A stretch of DNA of 36,628 nt from positions 1-36,628 of IMG/VR virus record IMGVR_UViG_3300030376_000807, one strand, 5' to 3'. The translations under genes were made by a program, and so were the position numbers. The DNA is from a virus (lineage: Duplodnaviria > Caudoviricetes). This document shows, piece after piece, positions 28,321 through 36,621 of the stretch (the stretch's first letter is position 1; each line of letters opens with the position of its first letter). The notes below the pieces were generated by a model. The model had not been told where the DNA came from and searched no databases. It saw only the letters and a program-made list of their open reading frames with translations.

Positions 28321-28907
28321 TAGATTAGTTGTAGTTGGTTTGTAATTGGGGGGAGAACCATAGCTCCCCATTGCTGCCCCATTGCTAGAGCAACACCTTC
28401 ATAAGTTGTACTTCTTATCTTCCATCTGTTAGGGCCAGGAGGAACCATGTGTACTTTCTGTTCTCTTCCTTCGACAATGTTAGAAGGTTTTAACTTAGGT
28501 AGATTCTTTAACCATAAGCAAGTTGTTTTACATTCACCATGCCCATGCTCCCAAGGCTGGATAATGCAATCGGGTTGTCTAATAGCAGAACTAATAACAC
28601 TTACTGGATTTTCTATGCACCATCTATCTATAGGTGCATCCATTAACAGTCGTACAAAATCAAGAGCATCCTTCTGTTCTTTCTCCTTACGCCAAAAGTG
28701 CCTGCTACCTGATACAGCTAGGTGTGTGCAAGGAGGATGTGCCACCATCAAGTCGTAGCCATCAGACAATATATCTTCTACGTTCCCCTGATAATGAGGG
28801 CCAGGGCTATCAGTAGGCAACAGATCACAAGAGATTGCGTCATGGCCTTGTGCAATGAAAGCATTACGGACTCTTCCTGAGTATTCACAAGCAATAAGTA
28901 CCTTCAT
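28320..28907 (-). CDS. Compact DNA cytosine-C5 methyltransferase-like protein
   Basis: Rossmann start MKVLIACEYSG, SCD, catalytic-type AHPPC, ENP (motif VI), IIQPWEHG, RSTTYEGVA; only 195 aa, with no canonical FxGxG. Confidence 0.75.
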   Translation of the reverse strand: MKVLIACEYSGRVRNAFIAQGHDAISCDLLPTDSPGPHYQGNVEDILSDGYDLMVAHPPCTHLAVSGSRHFWRKEKEQKDALDFVRLLMDAPIDRWCIENPVSVISSAIRQPDCIIQPWEHGHGECKTTCLWLKNLPKLKPSNIVEGREQKVHMVPPGPNRWKIRSTTYEGVALAMGQQWGAMVLPPITNQLQLI

Positions 28908-30511
28908 AGGAATAAATGTGTTAGTAATCGACCTGAGTTCTGGTCGTAAAGAAGTTTATCCACTGGGCCTGTTGACCCACTGAATCTATTTTTCAGGACA
29001 CGCAACTGAAGAGATGACTTCTCAGCTGGGTCTCCTTGTTGGTTTCTTTCGGCTGCAATGACAAGATCTGAGAGTTGAGCAACGCTATGTGACGACCTGA
29101 GATGAGAGAGTGACACTTGAGTTCCCTCTTCATGTCCTTTCCCCTCTGGTCTTTTGAGGTGTGAGACTACGATTAGTCCTACACCTGTACTTTCTACTAC
29201 TTGTCTTAGTTTGGTACAAGTAACATCAAGTGCTCGCCTCTCATCTAGGTCACTGATACCAGAGATAACTATGGTCAAGTGATCCAAGATAACTACATCT
29301 ACAGTTTCAGCAGTAGCTAGATATTGAATCTGTTCGATCAACCTATCAGGATCAATAGATCCAAAGTGGTCATATAAGAAGAGTCGATTAGATCCAGTGA
29401 GTCGATCAAATGCTTTCTTTAATTCTTCTTCTGATATGCAATCAGGTTGTAGATGTAATGGCTTAGAGATTTCAACACCAATGATTCCTTGCAGGGTACG
29501 CTGAACACTTTCTTCTAGTGCTATGTATCCAACTCGAAGTCCTTCTTTAAGGAAGTGATGAGCTAACTCACGACAGATAGTTGATTTACCTGTACCTGAT
29601 CCAGCACAAAAGGTCAGCATTTCTCCCTTGCGATAACCCTTTGTGTAGTTATCTAGTTCAGGCCAAGGGTACTGACAAACTGCTGAAGCACCTGGCTTGA
29701 TTAGTTCTTCCCACAATCCAGCGGCAGGTAAGATTGAATCAGGTCTTGCAGGTTGTGCTTTCCATAAGAGATCTCTAAGTTCTTCCCCCTCTCCTGCGAG
29801 GAGCATTTCATTAGCGTCTTTTCTAGGGAGTCTGCATATTGCTGCTTTACCAAGAGGTAACACTTCAAGTGCTTTCTCGGCAGCAGCCATGCCAGGCTCA
29901 TCAGAGTCTAGGCATAGGACAATTCTTACAAATTGGGATAGCCATTTGTTTACCTCTGGAAGTGATAAATACTTTTTAACTGATTGAGCACCATTAGGCA
30001 GCGACACAACAGGGAACTTGTTGCCTTGTATCTGAGAGCAAGACATAGCATCTATCTCTCCCTCAGTTATCACGACAAAAGTATTACCTTGGTTTGTCTG
30101 CCTCCATTTGTGCTGAGAGAACAGCATCATTTTGCTGGTATCACCTAACCAAATAAATCTTTTATCTTTGAAGCGAACATGTTGAGCACAAGGTCTACCT
30201 AAGTTGTCAAAGTAATTAGCAACTTGTACTGGCTGACCATTGTATTCAGCTATTCCATAAGGAAAGAACTTGCATGTCTCTTCAGAGATTCCTCTCTTCT
30301 TAAGAGCAACAGGATTAACAAACTTAATTAGTGGTGATGGTTTCTTAGGTGGTGGGCTAGTCATAAATCTTGGTTTGTTTTCTTTTGTTGGTTGATACTG
30401 ATAGTCGCATCCAAAACAATGAGCATGTCCATCATCAAAGACAGCAAGGTTATCCTTACTGCCACATTCGGGGCAAGGCTCATGCCTTAGATACTTGCTT
30501 TTGTTTTTCAT
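28904..30511 (-). CDS. gp4: Primase-helicase
   Basis: CPECGSKDN..HCFGC zinc finger; TOPRIM ITEGEID and DSDEPG; Walker A GSGTGKST; ILDHL; LKNRFSG. Confidence 0.97.
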   Translation of the reverse strand: MKNKSKYLRHEPCPECGSKDNLAVFDDGHAHCFGCDYQYQPTKENKPRFMTSPPPKKPSPLIKFVNPVALKKRGISEETCKFFPYGIAEYNGQPVQVANYFDNLGRPCAQHVRFKDKRFIWLGDTSKMMLFSQHKWRQTNQGNTFVVITEGEIDAMSCSQIQGNKFPVVSLPNGAQSVKKYLSLPEVNKWLSQFVRIVLCLDSDEPGMAAAEKALEVLPLGKAAICRLPRKDANEMLLAGEGEELRDLLWKAQPARPDSILPAAGLWEELIKPGASAVCQYPWPELDNYTKGYRKGEMLTFCAGSGTGKSTICRELAHHFLKEGLRVGYIALEESVQRTLQGIIGVEISKPLHLQPDCISEEELKKAFDRLTGSNRLFLYDHFGSIDPDRLIEQIQYLATAETVDVVILDHLTIVISGISDLDERRALDVTCTKLRQVVESTGVGLIVVSHLKRPEGKGHEEGTQVSLSHLRSSHSVAQLSDLVIAAERNQQGDPAEKSSLQLRVLKNRFSGSTGPVDKLLYDQNSGRLLTHLFL

Positions 30512-30590
30512 CTTTTTGCCAGTGTTGGATCAGTAGCTTTAGTTCTTCTATTCGTTTCTGGGAGTAGTCGATTCTTTCTTTAGTGTTCAT
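30480..30590 (-). CDS. Small coiled-coil protein (36 aa, absent from track)
   Basis: MNTKERIDYSQKRIEELKLLIQHWQKDEKQKQVSKA*; ATGA overlap with upstream ORF. Confidence 0.6.
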   Translation of the reverse strand: MNTKERIDYSQKRIEELKLLIQHWQKDEKQKQVSKA

Positions 30591-30766
30591 GTCAGTTCCC
30601 AGTTGATTACATAAATACCTTTGTCTCTTCCATGAAGTTCGTAAGCTTTATCAATTGCTTTAGTAGCAGTAGATGCAGTGATGTATGCGTAACTACTAGC
30701 ACCTCCTTTCTTTTCTACAAGTCTTAGCTTGTATCTGTACTTGTCTTGAGGTGAGTGATAAATCAT
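30587..30766 (-). CDS. Small hypothetical protein (59 aa, absent from track)
   Basis: MIYHSPQDKYRYKLRLVEKKGG...YVINWELT*; ATGA overlaps at both ends. Confidence 0.65.
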   Translation of the reverse strand: MIYHSPQDKYRYKLRLVEKKGGASSYAYITASTATKAIDKAYELHGRDKGIYVINWELT

Positions 30767-31011
30767 CTAGGAGTTCTCCATGTATCGAGTTGGTCAATCA
30801 TCCAGTCGTATTTAGAAACAGAAGCATTACATGAGTGACAAGTTTCTGTCCTCCATCTCAAGTGATAAATCCTTTGGACATTTTCACAGTGGGGACACTT
30901 AATATTTTTGCCATCACTACCAGCTCGATCTTTCTTTTCAATGAGCTTGTAGTCTTCCAGAACTACGAGGTCAGTTCCTTTAACTCTCATGTGTTTAGTA
31001 GAAGTAATCAT
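30763..31011 (-). CDS. Small zinc-ribbon protein
   Basis: CPHC-x14-CHSC; ATGA overlaps at both ends. Confidence 0.75.
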   Translation of the reverse strand: MITSTKHMRVKGTDLVVLEDYKLIEKKDRAGSDGKNIKCPHCENVQRIYHLRWRTETCHSCNASVSKYDWMIDQLDTWRTPR

Positions 31012-31385
31012 GGTTCATACCATTCTTGAGGAATAGTTTTCTCACACCATTTGAATCTATTTCTTGTAGCCCATTCGCCATAAGTCATAGATCTTTTTGA
31101 TTTGCTAAGTCGTTCCTTTGCTCTCATAAAGCAGAGTCTTATATCCAAATCAGGGTGTTGTTTTTTTACAGCAAGTAATTTCTTTCTGTCCTCTGGTCTG
31201 AAGTGACCTTTAGCTTCTATGACCACGCCATTACTAAGAATGAAATCAGGTCGATAGGTAGCCTTGATGACATAAGGCAAAGTCATATCTTCATAGGTGA
31301 AGTTGACTTTGTTTTGGATGAGGCCAGCTGCTAGGCCAGCCTCAAATTTACTTCTATATTTAGAACTCGTCTCCAGCTGAGACAC
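31008..31385 (-). CDS. gp3: Endonuclease I / Holliday junction resolvase (start uncertain)
   Basis: YRSKFE, YRPDFIL, IEAKG, QHPDLDIR, TYGEWA; candidate starts GTG 31385, ATG 31448/31475 or ACG 31370. Confidence 0.92.
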   Translation of the reverse strand: MSQLETSSKYRSKFEAGLAAGLIQNKVNFTYEDMTLPYVIKATYRPDFILSNGVVIEAKGHFRPEDRKKLLAVKKQHPDLDIRLCFMRAKERLSKSKRSMTYGEWATRNRFKWCEKTIPQEWYEP

Positions 31386-31983
31386 TTGTTGATTCTGTTG
31401 TGACTGGGACTTGACACGCTTCTGTTGTTTCGTTCGTTTGAAAGCCATAGCTTGTTGCGTCCTTTGAGTATTCAATATGCTTATGGATAATTGCAGCTTC
31501 AGGTTGAATCTTTATTCCAACTCCAAAGTTACCTGAGTATCCAGAGCAACGAATACTTACTTGACCTTCAGTACCTGGCCCCATTTTATTTACTGCATTT
31601 CTTTCCTCTGGAGTCATAGGAGTTCCATTGGAATTAAACAAAGAGGGAGGTCTATTACTCCACTGTTTACCAGCTTGGTTGATACCTCCAACTTTCATCT
31701 TTGTTTTAATCACAAAGTATGGTTCTCCATCTACCTCTTCTGTTCCCCAGGGTAGAGCTGCGAGTTTAAATTTCTTATCAGGTTCAGCTGCTTTGAGTTG
31801 AGTCTTCCATCTCTCAAGCAATCCATCTAGTTGATTGATGAGATCCTCTGCTTCAGTCGGATTGATTAGGCAGGTTACTTTCCATACTCCTGGCTGTTCA
31901 AACTTAGTATCAGGTTCAACAAGCCAAGCGAATTGGAATTTGCATTTAGGTGTAGTCAGGTTTAAGACTTCTGATTTAATCAT
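31360..31983 (-). CDS. gp2.5: Single-stranded DNA-binding protein
   Basis: TTPKCKFQFAWLVEPDTKF N-terminus; acidic C-terminus ending DEF; between RNAP and endonuclease. Confidence 0.9.
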   Translation of the reverse strand: MIKSEVLNLTTPKCKFQFAWLVEPDTKFEQPGVWKVTCLINPTEAEDLINQLDGLLERWKTQLKAAEPDKKFKLAALPWGTEEVDGEPYFVIKTKMKVGGINQAGKQWSNRPPSLFNSNGTPMTPEERNAVNKMGPGTEGQVSIRCSGYSGNFGVGIKIQPEAAIIHKHIEYSKDATSYGFQTNETTEACQVPVTTESTSVSAGDEF

Positions 31984-34373
31984 GTGATGAAATAGTTAGA
32001 TGTTCTTGTGATAGATGGATCTAAGTCTCCAAGCTCAGGCTTAGGTGGTAGATCCTCGGTGTTTTTGATTTGTGATTCGAGCTGTAATTTGATTTGTGTT
32101 AACCAATCTGTTTGATATAGATCAGCAAAGCTCTGCCTTACAGAATCTCTCAGCTTGCTCATTTCTGAGGGGGTAGTGGCAAAGCAATCATGCACACCTC
32201 CTATGTTTGTAATCCCACTCGAATTTTTATTTGTGGTGGGGTCTTTCTTTATAGCAAGGATTGATGCCATTGCCATATGACTTGAGTCAAATGAATGTAA
32301 AATATTTGCACTTAAAGCATTAGCCATTCGAGTGTTGTCTAGGCCTGGGGTTTCGACTGCTGTCCGTATATCAAGAGAGATATCTGAGAGGTATCTAAGA
32401 CGGATCCTAGATTCTCTTTGATTCTGATACTGCTGTTGTACTAATAGCCCACTAGGAGATCTCCATTGAAGTGGTTGATCCTCTTTGCCAGCTCTTAGTC
32501 CTATTGCTTTGAAGTATTTCATAGCAGCAACAGCAGGGGAAATAATCTTGGTAGCTTCTCGATGAAGGATGTTTGCCATGAAGTGCATGGTTGTCATACA
32601 TCCCTTCTGAACTGTCCATGATCCATTACCGAATAGATCTTTAGCTCTCTTCTGTGCCCACTCATAAGCGTAGTAATAGAACGCTGTTCTACTAGCTGCA
32701 TAGGGCATGGTCATAACAGCTGGCTTGCTTAATGATCTATCAGGTTGCAGCATCAGCCACTTCCTTGCTCGATCATCAGTGCTATCTCTTAGAGCTTCAT
32801 TAACCTTGGTGATAACAGTCCCATAAATATCTTGAGGCTTATCACTTGGATAAAGATTAACCTCAGATGCAAGTTGCTTCGATCTAAGGAGTGAAGCAAA
32901 ATGTTGGATACCAGAGCAAGTGCAATCAAGCATCACAGGTAAGGCACATTGATACCCATATCCTTGAGATCTAAACAGGTGATACTCACGACAGAAAGCT
33001 AAGAAACTCCAAGGCTTATCAGCTCTCATCCAGAACTCAGCATTACTCCAAGGATCATTGCCAGCTCCAGTGATTAGCTGTTCTCTTTCTATTACCCAAT
33101 CAATACGAGTCTGCCAATCTGACTTAAGACCATAGAGGTTTGCTCCATGTATCCTTAGCCAGTTGAGATCCTCTTCAGTATTGATAGGTTTAGCATTAGC
33201 AAATAGCAGCAACGACCTAGAGATGTCATTGCCTTGAGGATTTAGATAGGGAGGTCGATAATAAAATCTACCTCTGAAGTCCAGACTCATAGGGAAATAA
33301 ATCTGATCCTCATCTTTAAACCTGCGAGCAATCCAAAGGATCTTTGCATTAGCTATTCGCTTGTTCCTTGTACGCTCATTCTTTTCGTGAAGGATCTTTG
33401 CCTTTCTTCTCCAGTTCAGTACACCTAAATCATTCTCATCTAAATGCTTAGGGTATGGAGGGATAGGCCACCCTTCTCTTGGTAATAAAGCACCCACTTC
33501 TAGATTGTTATCTGAAGCATGTTCTATTTGTTCACGCATCCACTCATTGATCTTCCAACCAATTGATTGATGGATGTTTGCTGCTTGATAGACAGGTTCT
33601 TTACCAGTGCAATTAGCTTCAATGATTTCGTTATTACTCTTGAATAATTTCAAAGGTAACTTTGTGTAATATCCTCCCTCTCTTGGAGATGTCCAATCTT
33701 TAGGAGGTATCAGCATAGGCAAGTAGTTAGGTGTCATTAACTCTTGCATTTCTTTTACGTCATTGATCCACTTCATACATTGCTCAGTTGCTTTCACAAC
33801 TCTTTGCTTCTTATGAGGTAGATCTTCTCTGACTATTTCTATCAGTCCAGTTTCTTTTGCAATCAACTGAACCAGGAATAGACCTGACGCAATCTTTTCT
33901 TTAGCAGTCCAGTTATCAGTCCTTTCCATCCTCCTAATAGCAGCCATCTTATGAGCCTGTCTGCTACGACCTCGCTTAAACTTTAATAACTCCTGAGTCG
34001 TTGCCCTATCTAGCATTGTCTCTATCCATAGCTTGTCAGCTACATCCATTGAGACACTATGAAGAGTTGGACATGAACTCAAAGAATCAATTACAGTTCT
34101 TATGCTTGCTGCTGCCACCTGTTGTGGCGGCAAGTGGGTGATGGGTAACAGTTGGGCAAAGCTAATACCTGCTTTGCCCGATTGGATTCTTTTTCTTACA
34201 GCTCGAATGTGAATAGTGATTTGATCTACACCATAGGTAGACAGAGCCTCTCCCCATTTAGAGAGAGACTCCTGTCTTTTCTTCTTCTGTCTGTTAGTTA
34301 AGAAGTTAACCCTGTCACATCCAAGAGTAATCATCTCCCTTTCGAGAGCGATCTGATCTTGTTGTGTTCTCAT
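31980..34373 (-). CDS. gp1: Single-subunit phage RNA polymerase
   Basis: PMLIPPKDW, LDFRGRFY, DCTCSGIQH (motif A), RSLSKPAVMTMPY (motif B), NILHSFDSSH, VHDCF (motif C). Confidence 0.97.
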   Translation of the reverse strand: MRTQQDQIALEREMITLGCDRVNFLTNRQKKKRQESLSKWGEALSTYGVDQITIHIRAVRKRIQSGKAGISFAQLLPITHLPPQQVAAASIRTVIDSLSSCPTLHSVSMDVADKLWIETMLDRATTQELLKFKRGRSRQAHKMAAIRRMERTDNWTAKEKIASGLFLVQLIAKETGLIEIVREDLPHKKQRVVKATEQCMKWINDVKEMQELMTPNYLPMLIPPKDWTSPREGGYYTKLPLKLFKSNNEIIEANCTGKEPVYQAANIHQSIGWKINEWMREQIEHASDNNLEVGALLPREGWPIPPYPKHLDENDLGVLNWRRKAKILHEKNERTRNKRIANAKILWIARRFKDEDQIYFPMSLDFRGRFYYRPPYLNPQGNDISRSLLLFANAKPINTEEDLNWLRIHGANLYGLKSDWQTRIDWVIEREQLITGAGNDPWSNAEFWMRADKPWSFLAFCREYHLFRSQGYGYQCALPVMLDCTCSGIQHFASLLRSKQLASEVNLYPSDKPQDIYGTVITKVNEALRDSTDDRARKWLMLQPDRSLSKPAVMTMPYAASRTAFYYYAYEWAQKRAKDLFGNGSWTVQKGCMTTMHFMANILHREATKIISPAVAAMKYFKAIGLRAGKEDQPLQWRSPSGLLVQQQYQNQRESRIRLRYLSDISLDIRTAVETPGLDNTRMANALSANILHSFDSSHMAMASILAIKKDPTTNKNSSGITNIGGVHDCFATTPSEMSKLRDSVRQSFADLYQTDWLTQIKLQLESQIKNTEDLPPKPELGDLDPSITRTSNYFIT

Positions 34374-34374
34374 A

Positions 34375-34593
34375 TCAATTGACTCCCTCCCAGAAGTTCA
34401 TCTTGTCCTCGTAGTTCTTCTCGAACCATTCAGATAAGATTCTTTTTACGAGTTCAGTCTTATTGATACCCATCTCTTCAGATAAATAAACCAATCGGCC
34501 CATTAATCGAGGAGGTAAGACAACTTGAAGCTTGTCTTTTGCTTCTGTTGTTGGTTTGTTTACCAACTCATCAGCTAATTCAGAATTGTTCAT
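34375..34593 (-). CDS. Ribbon-helix-helix (CopG/Arc-like) DNA-binding protein
   Basis: KLQVVLP strand, then RLMGRLVYLSEEMG helix and NKTELVKRILSEW helix. Confidence 0.65.
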   Translation of the reverse strand: MNNSELADELVNKPTTEAKDKLQVVLPPRLMGRLVYLSEEMGINKTELVKRILSEWFEKNYEDKMNFWEGVN

Positions 34594-34943
34594 GCTGTTA
34601 AACCTGCATCAAATAATTTACGAGCGATAGGTTCCATCAATCCACGTTCAATGATGGGATTAGGAAACAAGCTAGTAAAAGTTTCCTTGAATGTATCTTC
34701 AAGGATCTCTTCTCTAGTTTTTATTTCTCCTAATTCCTCATCAGGTGGTACATCAAAACACATTGACCAATGAGTTGCCCCTTCTGGTATATGGTTCCAA
34801 TAACATGAGAAGAAAGACCCTTTCTTTTCTCCAATAGGGTGGTCATACAATACAAAGAAGAGACACTCTCCCTTATTGTTTGCATGTTTCTCTGTTGGAG
34901 TCTTATCAATCAGCCTATGAAGCTGTTCAATTTGTTTAGTCAT
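34590..34943 (-). CDS. Early hypothetical protein
   Basis: 117-aa ORF overlapping both neighbours; IPEGATHW motif. Confidence 0.7.
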   Translation of the reverse strand: MTKQIEQLHRLIDKTPTEKHANNKGECLFFVLYDHPIGEKKGSFFSCYWNHIPEGATHWSMCFDVPPDEELGEIKTREEILEDTFKETFTSLFPNPIIERGLMEPIARKLFDAGLTA

Positions 34944-35106
34944 CCTTTTGTGGCGGGTTAGATAATAAATAGGATGCCCACTCGCAAGAAACTATGATTT
35001 GCTGCGAGCTGGGTTCCGATTTGAAAAAAGATTGATGCCAGTTTTTATATAACTCGAAGAGTTTTCTATCCCTGGTGAATTTACTAGGTTCATACTCATT
35101 CTTCAT
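34936..35106 (-). CDS. Early hypothetical protein
   Basis: MKNEYEPSKFTRDRKLFELY...; ATG 35106 overlaps upstream 3' end. Confidence 0.6.
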   Translation of the reverse strand: MKNEYEPSKFTRDRKLFELYKNWHQSFFKSEPSSQQIIVSCEWASYLLSNPPQKDD

Positions 35107-35335
35107 AGTCATTAAAGAGCCAGTCATCTTTTCTTTTGGCGAGGATGCCAGCAGCCAGAGCGTTAGCATCTAGTCTGCATTGATCCACGATAGTCTTAGG
35201 TAACTCTGAACGCAATCTTTCTACAATCTTTGACATGTTCTCACGTGTCTCAGTGTTGCGACTGGTTTGCATCCTTGACCAACACTCAACTAACAAAGCT
35301 TTGTTGCTTTCTAGTGCGTGTTCGTAGCGTTTCAT
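35096..35335 (-). CDS. Early hypothetical protein
   Basis: MKRYEHALESNK...; ATG 35335 in ATGA overlap. Confidence 0.7.
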   Translation of the reverse strand: MKRYEHALESNKALLVECWSRMQTSRNTETRENMSKIVERLRSELPKTIVDQCRLDANALAAGILAKRKDDWLFNDYEE

Positions 35336-35478
35336 TGCTCCCATTGTTTCTCAATCTGCGAGCGTCTTTGAATAAGAGTCTCTCCAAGTGGTGATTCTTT
35401 CACCCCATTAGAGATAGAAGAAAAAACCCAGACCCCTGCTAATAAAGCAAGGGCTGAGTAAATCATTAAACGTACCAT
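35332..35478 (-). CDS. Small early membrane protein (48 aa, absent from track)
   Basis: MVRLMIYSALALLAGVWVFSSISNGVKESPLGETLIQRRSQIEKQWEQ*; TAATG and ATGA coupling. Confidence 0.6.
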   Translation of the reverse strand: MVRLMIYSALALLAGVWVFSSISNGVKESPLGETLIQRRSQIEKQWEQ

Positions 35479-35627
35479 TAGAAAATAAATCCAATAGTTG
35501 CTACAGCTGCAAGCAATATAAATAAGGCTTGCTGTTGTTCTCTTAATTCTGCTTCAGCTTTGCCATTAGCTAAAGGTCTAAGCTCTTCAAGCTCGGCAGT
35601 AAGTGAAGCAATGGTTTGTCTAGCCAT
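35478..35627 (-). CDS. Small early tail-anchored membrane protein
   Basis: MARQTIASLTAELEEL...ALFILLAAVATIGFIF; AGGA upstream of ATG 35627. Confidence 0.7.
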   Translation of the reverse strand: MARQTIASLTAELEELRPLANGKAEAELREQQQALFILLAAVATIGFIF

Positions 35628-35675
35628 AATTAAATTCCTATGTGGCAGGTGAATAAAGAGGTAACTCTTAGAGAG

Positions 35676-35712
35676 TCCCTCAGTCTGCCCCAGGTTATGA
35701 GGCAGAGAGAGA
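35676..35712 (-). promoter_or_regulatory. Intergenic long hairpin, candidate RNase III site
   Basis: mRNA UCUCUC-UCUGCCUCA-UAACC-UGGGGCAGA-CU-GAGGGA; analogous in position to T7 early R sites. Confidence 0.45.
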
Positions 35713-35715
35713 GAG

Positions 35716-36075
35716 TCAGTCATAACTGTTCATTTGTTCTCTTGTTTCTGTCCTGTCATGGACAGGTAAAGCACCATAGAAATTATGACCTAGCATTTTT
35801 TCTATAGCCTCATTGAATCGACTGTCTGAGGTGGCTGCATAGTTACCACCCATCATTGACCATTTACCTTCTAATTCATCAGGAACAATCCGCACATGTG
35901 ATCCCCAACTATGTGTAACTTTCTCAAGCTTGCAAGCTGGATAATCATCATCAGGATTAAAAGGCCCATCGACATTAGTTAGACATAAGCCTTTGTAATT
36001 TCTTCCAGGTGAGGTCACACCATTGCCAGTGCAGTCCCCTAAATCATCCCTGAAAATGTAGACATGTAAGCCCAT
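35716..36075 (-). CDS. Early hypothetical phage protein
   Basis: 119 aa; DCTGNGVT, MMGGNYAATSDSRF, LPVHDR. Confidence 0.8.
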   Translation of the reverse strand: MGLHVYIFRDDLGDCTGNGVTSPGRNYKGLCLTNVDGPFNPDDDYPACKLEKVTHSWGSHVRIVPDELEGKWSMMGGNYAATSDSRFNEAIEKMLGHNFYGALPVHDRTETREQMNSYD

Positions 36076-36100
36076 AAATAAAAATAAAATGGTGGGTTGA

Positions 36101-36145
36101 TCCCTCTTGATTGAGGGAATAGTTAAGGGAGCCTTGAAGCTCCCT
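36101..36145 (-). promoter_or_regulatory. Twin intergenic hairpins
   Basis: AGGGAGC-N6-GCTCCCT (36126-36145) and TCCCTC-N6-GAGGGA (36101-36118). Confidence 0.5.
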
Positions 36146-36165
36146 AGTCAGCCTTTACTGAGTAA

Positions 36166-36621
36166 CTAAAGCAGAACTTTATTTGTTCTTACTTCTTCTG
36201 GGTGCTTGTCTGGAATTACTTCATTAGTTGGGGCTTTTGGTATCCCCCACTCATAGTCATAATTCGCTTTCCAACAAGACCAGTTCATAGTGTTTGGATT
36301 CCACAAGTAGGAATATTCAATCTGTACCGTGTCATATAACAAGAAATCCTTTAGGTCTTCATGTTCTGCCGATGGACATTCCTCCCCTCTCATCTTGTAA
36401 GTTCTAATGATGGGTTGATCTAGTTCTTTCATGCTCCAATCTGTAGTAGATCGAATACAACTAATATCTCCCCCCTCCATTAGATCTCTTACTTTCAAAG
36501 AATTAGAGAAGTGTCGCTTCAGTACAACACCAAGCCATTGTGGATATCCATCCGAATGATGGTAGACAGACTCAATAGTTCCATCCTGGTTAAGGATTCC
36601 AATCCTTGAACGTGTTGACAT
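36166..36621 (-). CDS. Early hypothetical phage protein
   Basis: 151 aa; MSTRSRIG...VYHHSDGYPQWLG N-terminus resembles a widespread uncharacterised phage family (recalled, not searched). Confidence 0.8.
   Translation of the reverse strand: MSTRSRIGILNQDGTIESVYHHSDGYPQWLGVVLKRHFSNSLKVRDLMEGGDISCIRSTTDWSMKELDQPIIRTYKMRGEECPSAEHEDLKDFLLYDTVQIEYSYLWNPNTMNWSCWKANYDYEWGIPKAPTNEVIPDKHPEEVRTNKVLL

Noticed and set aside
7411-31755. Short plus-strand ORFs in the track (e.g. 7411, 11798, 13871, 17007, 23827, 28447, 29697, 31561)
   Set aside because: Antisense shadows of well-supported minus-strand genes with no motifs.
35415-35458. Hairpin followed by a U-run, possible early terminator
   Set aside because: Lies inside a well-coupled ORF and the U-tract is separated from the stem; not excluded but unsupported.
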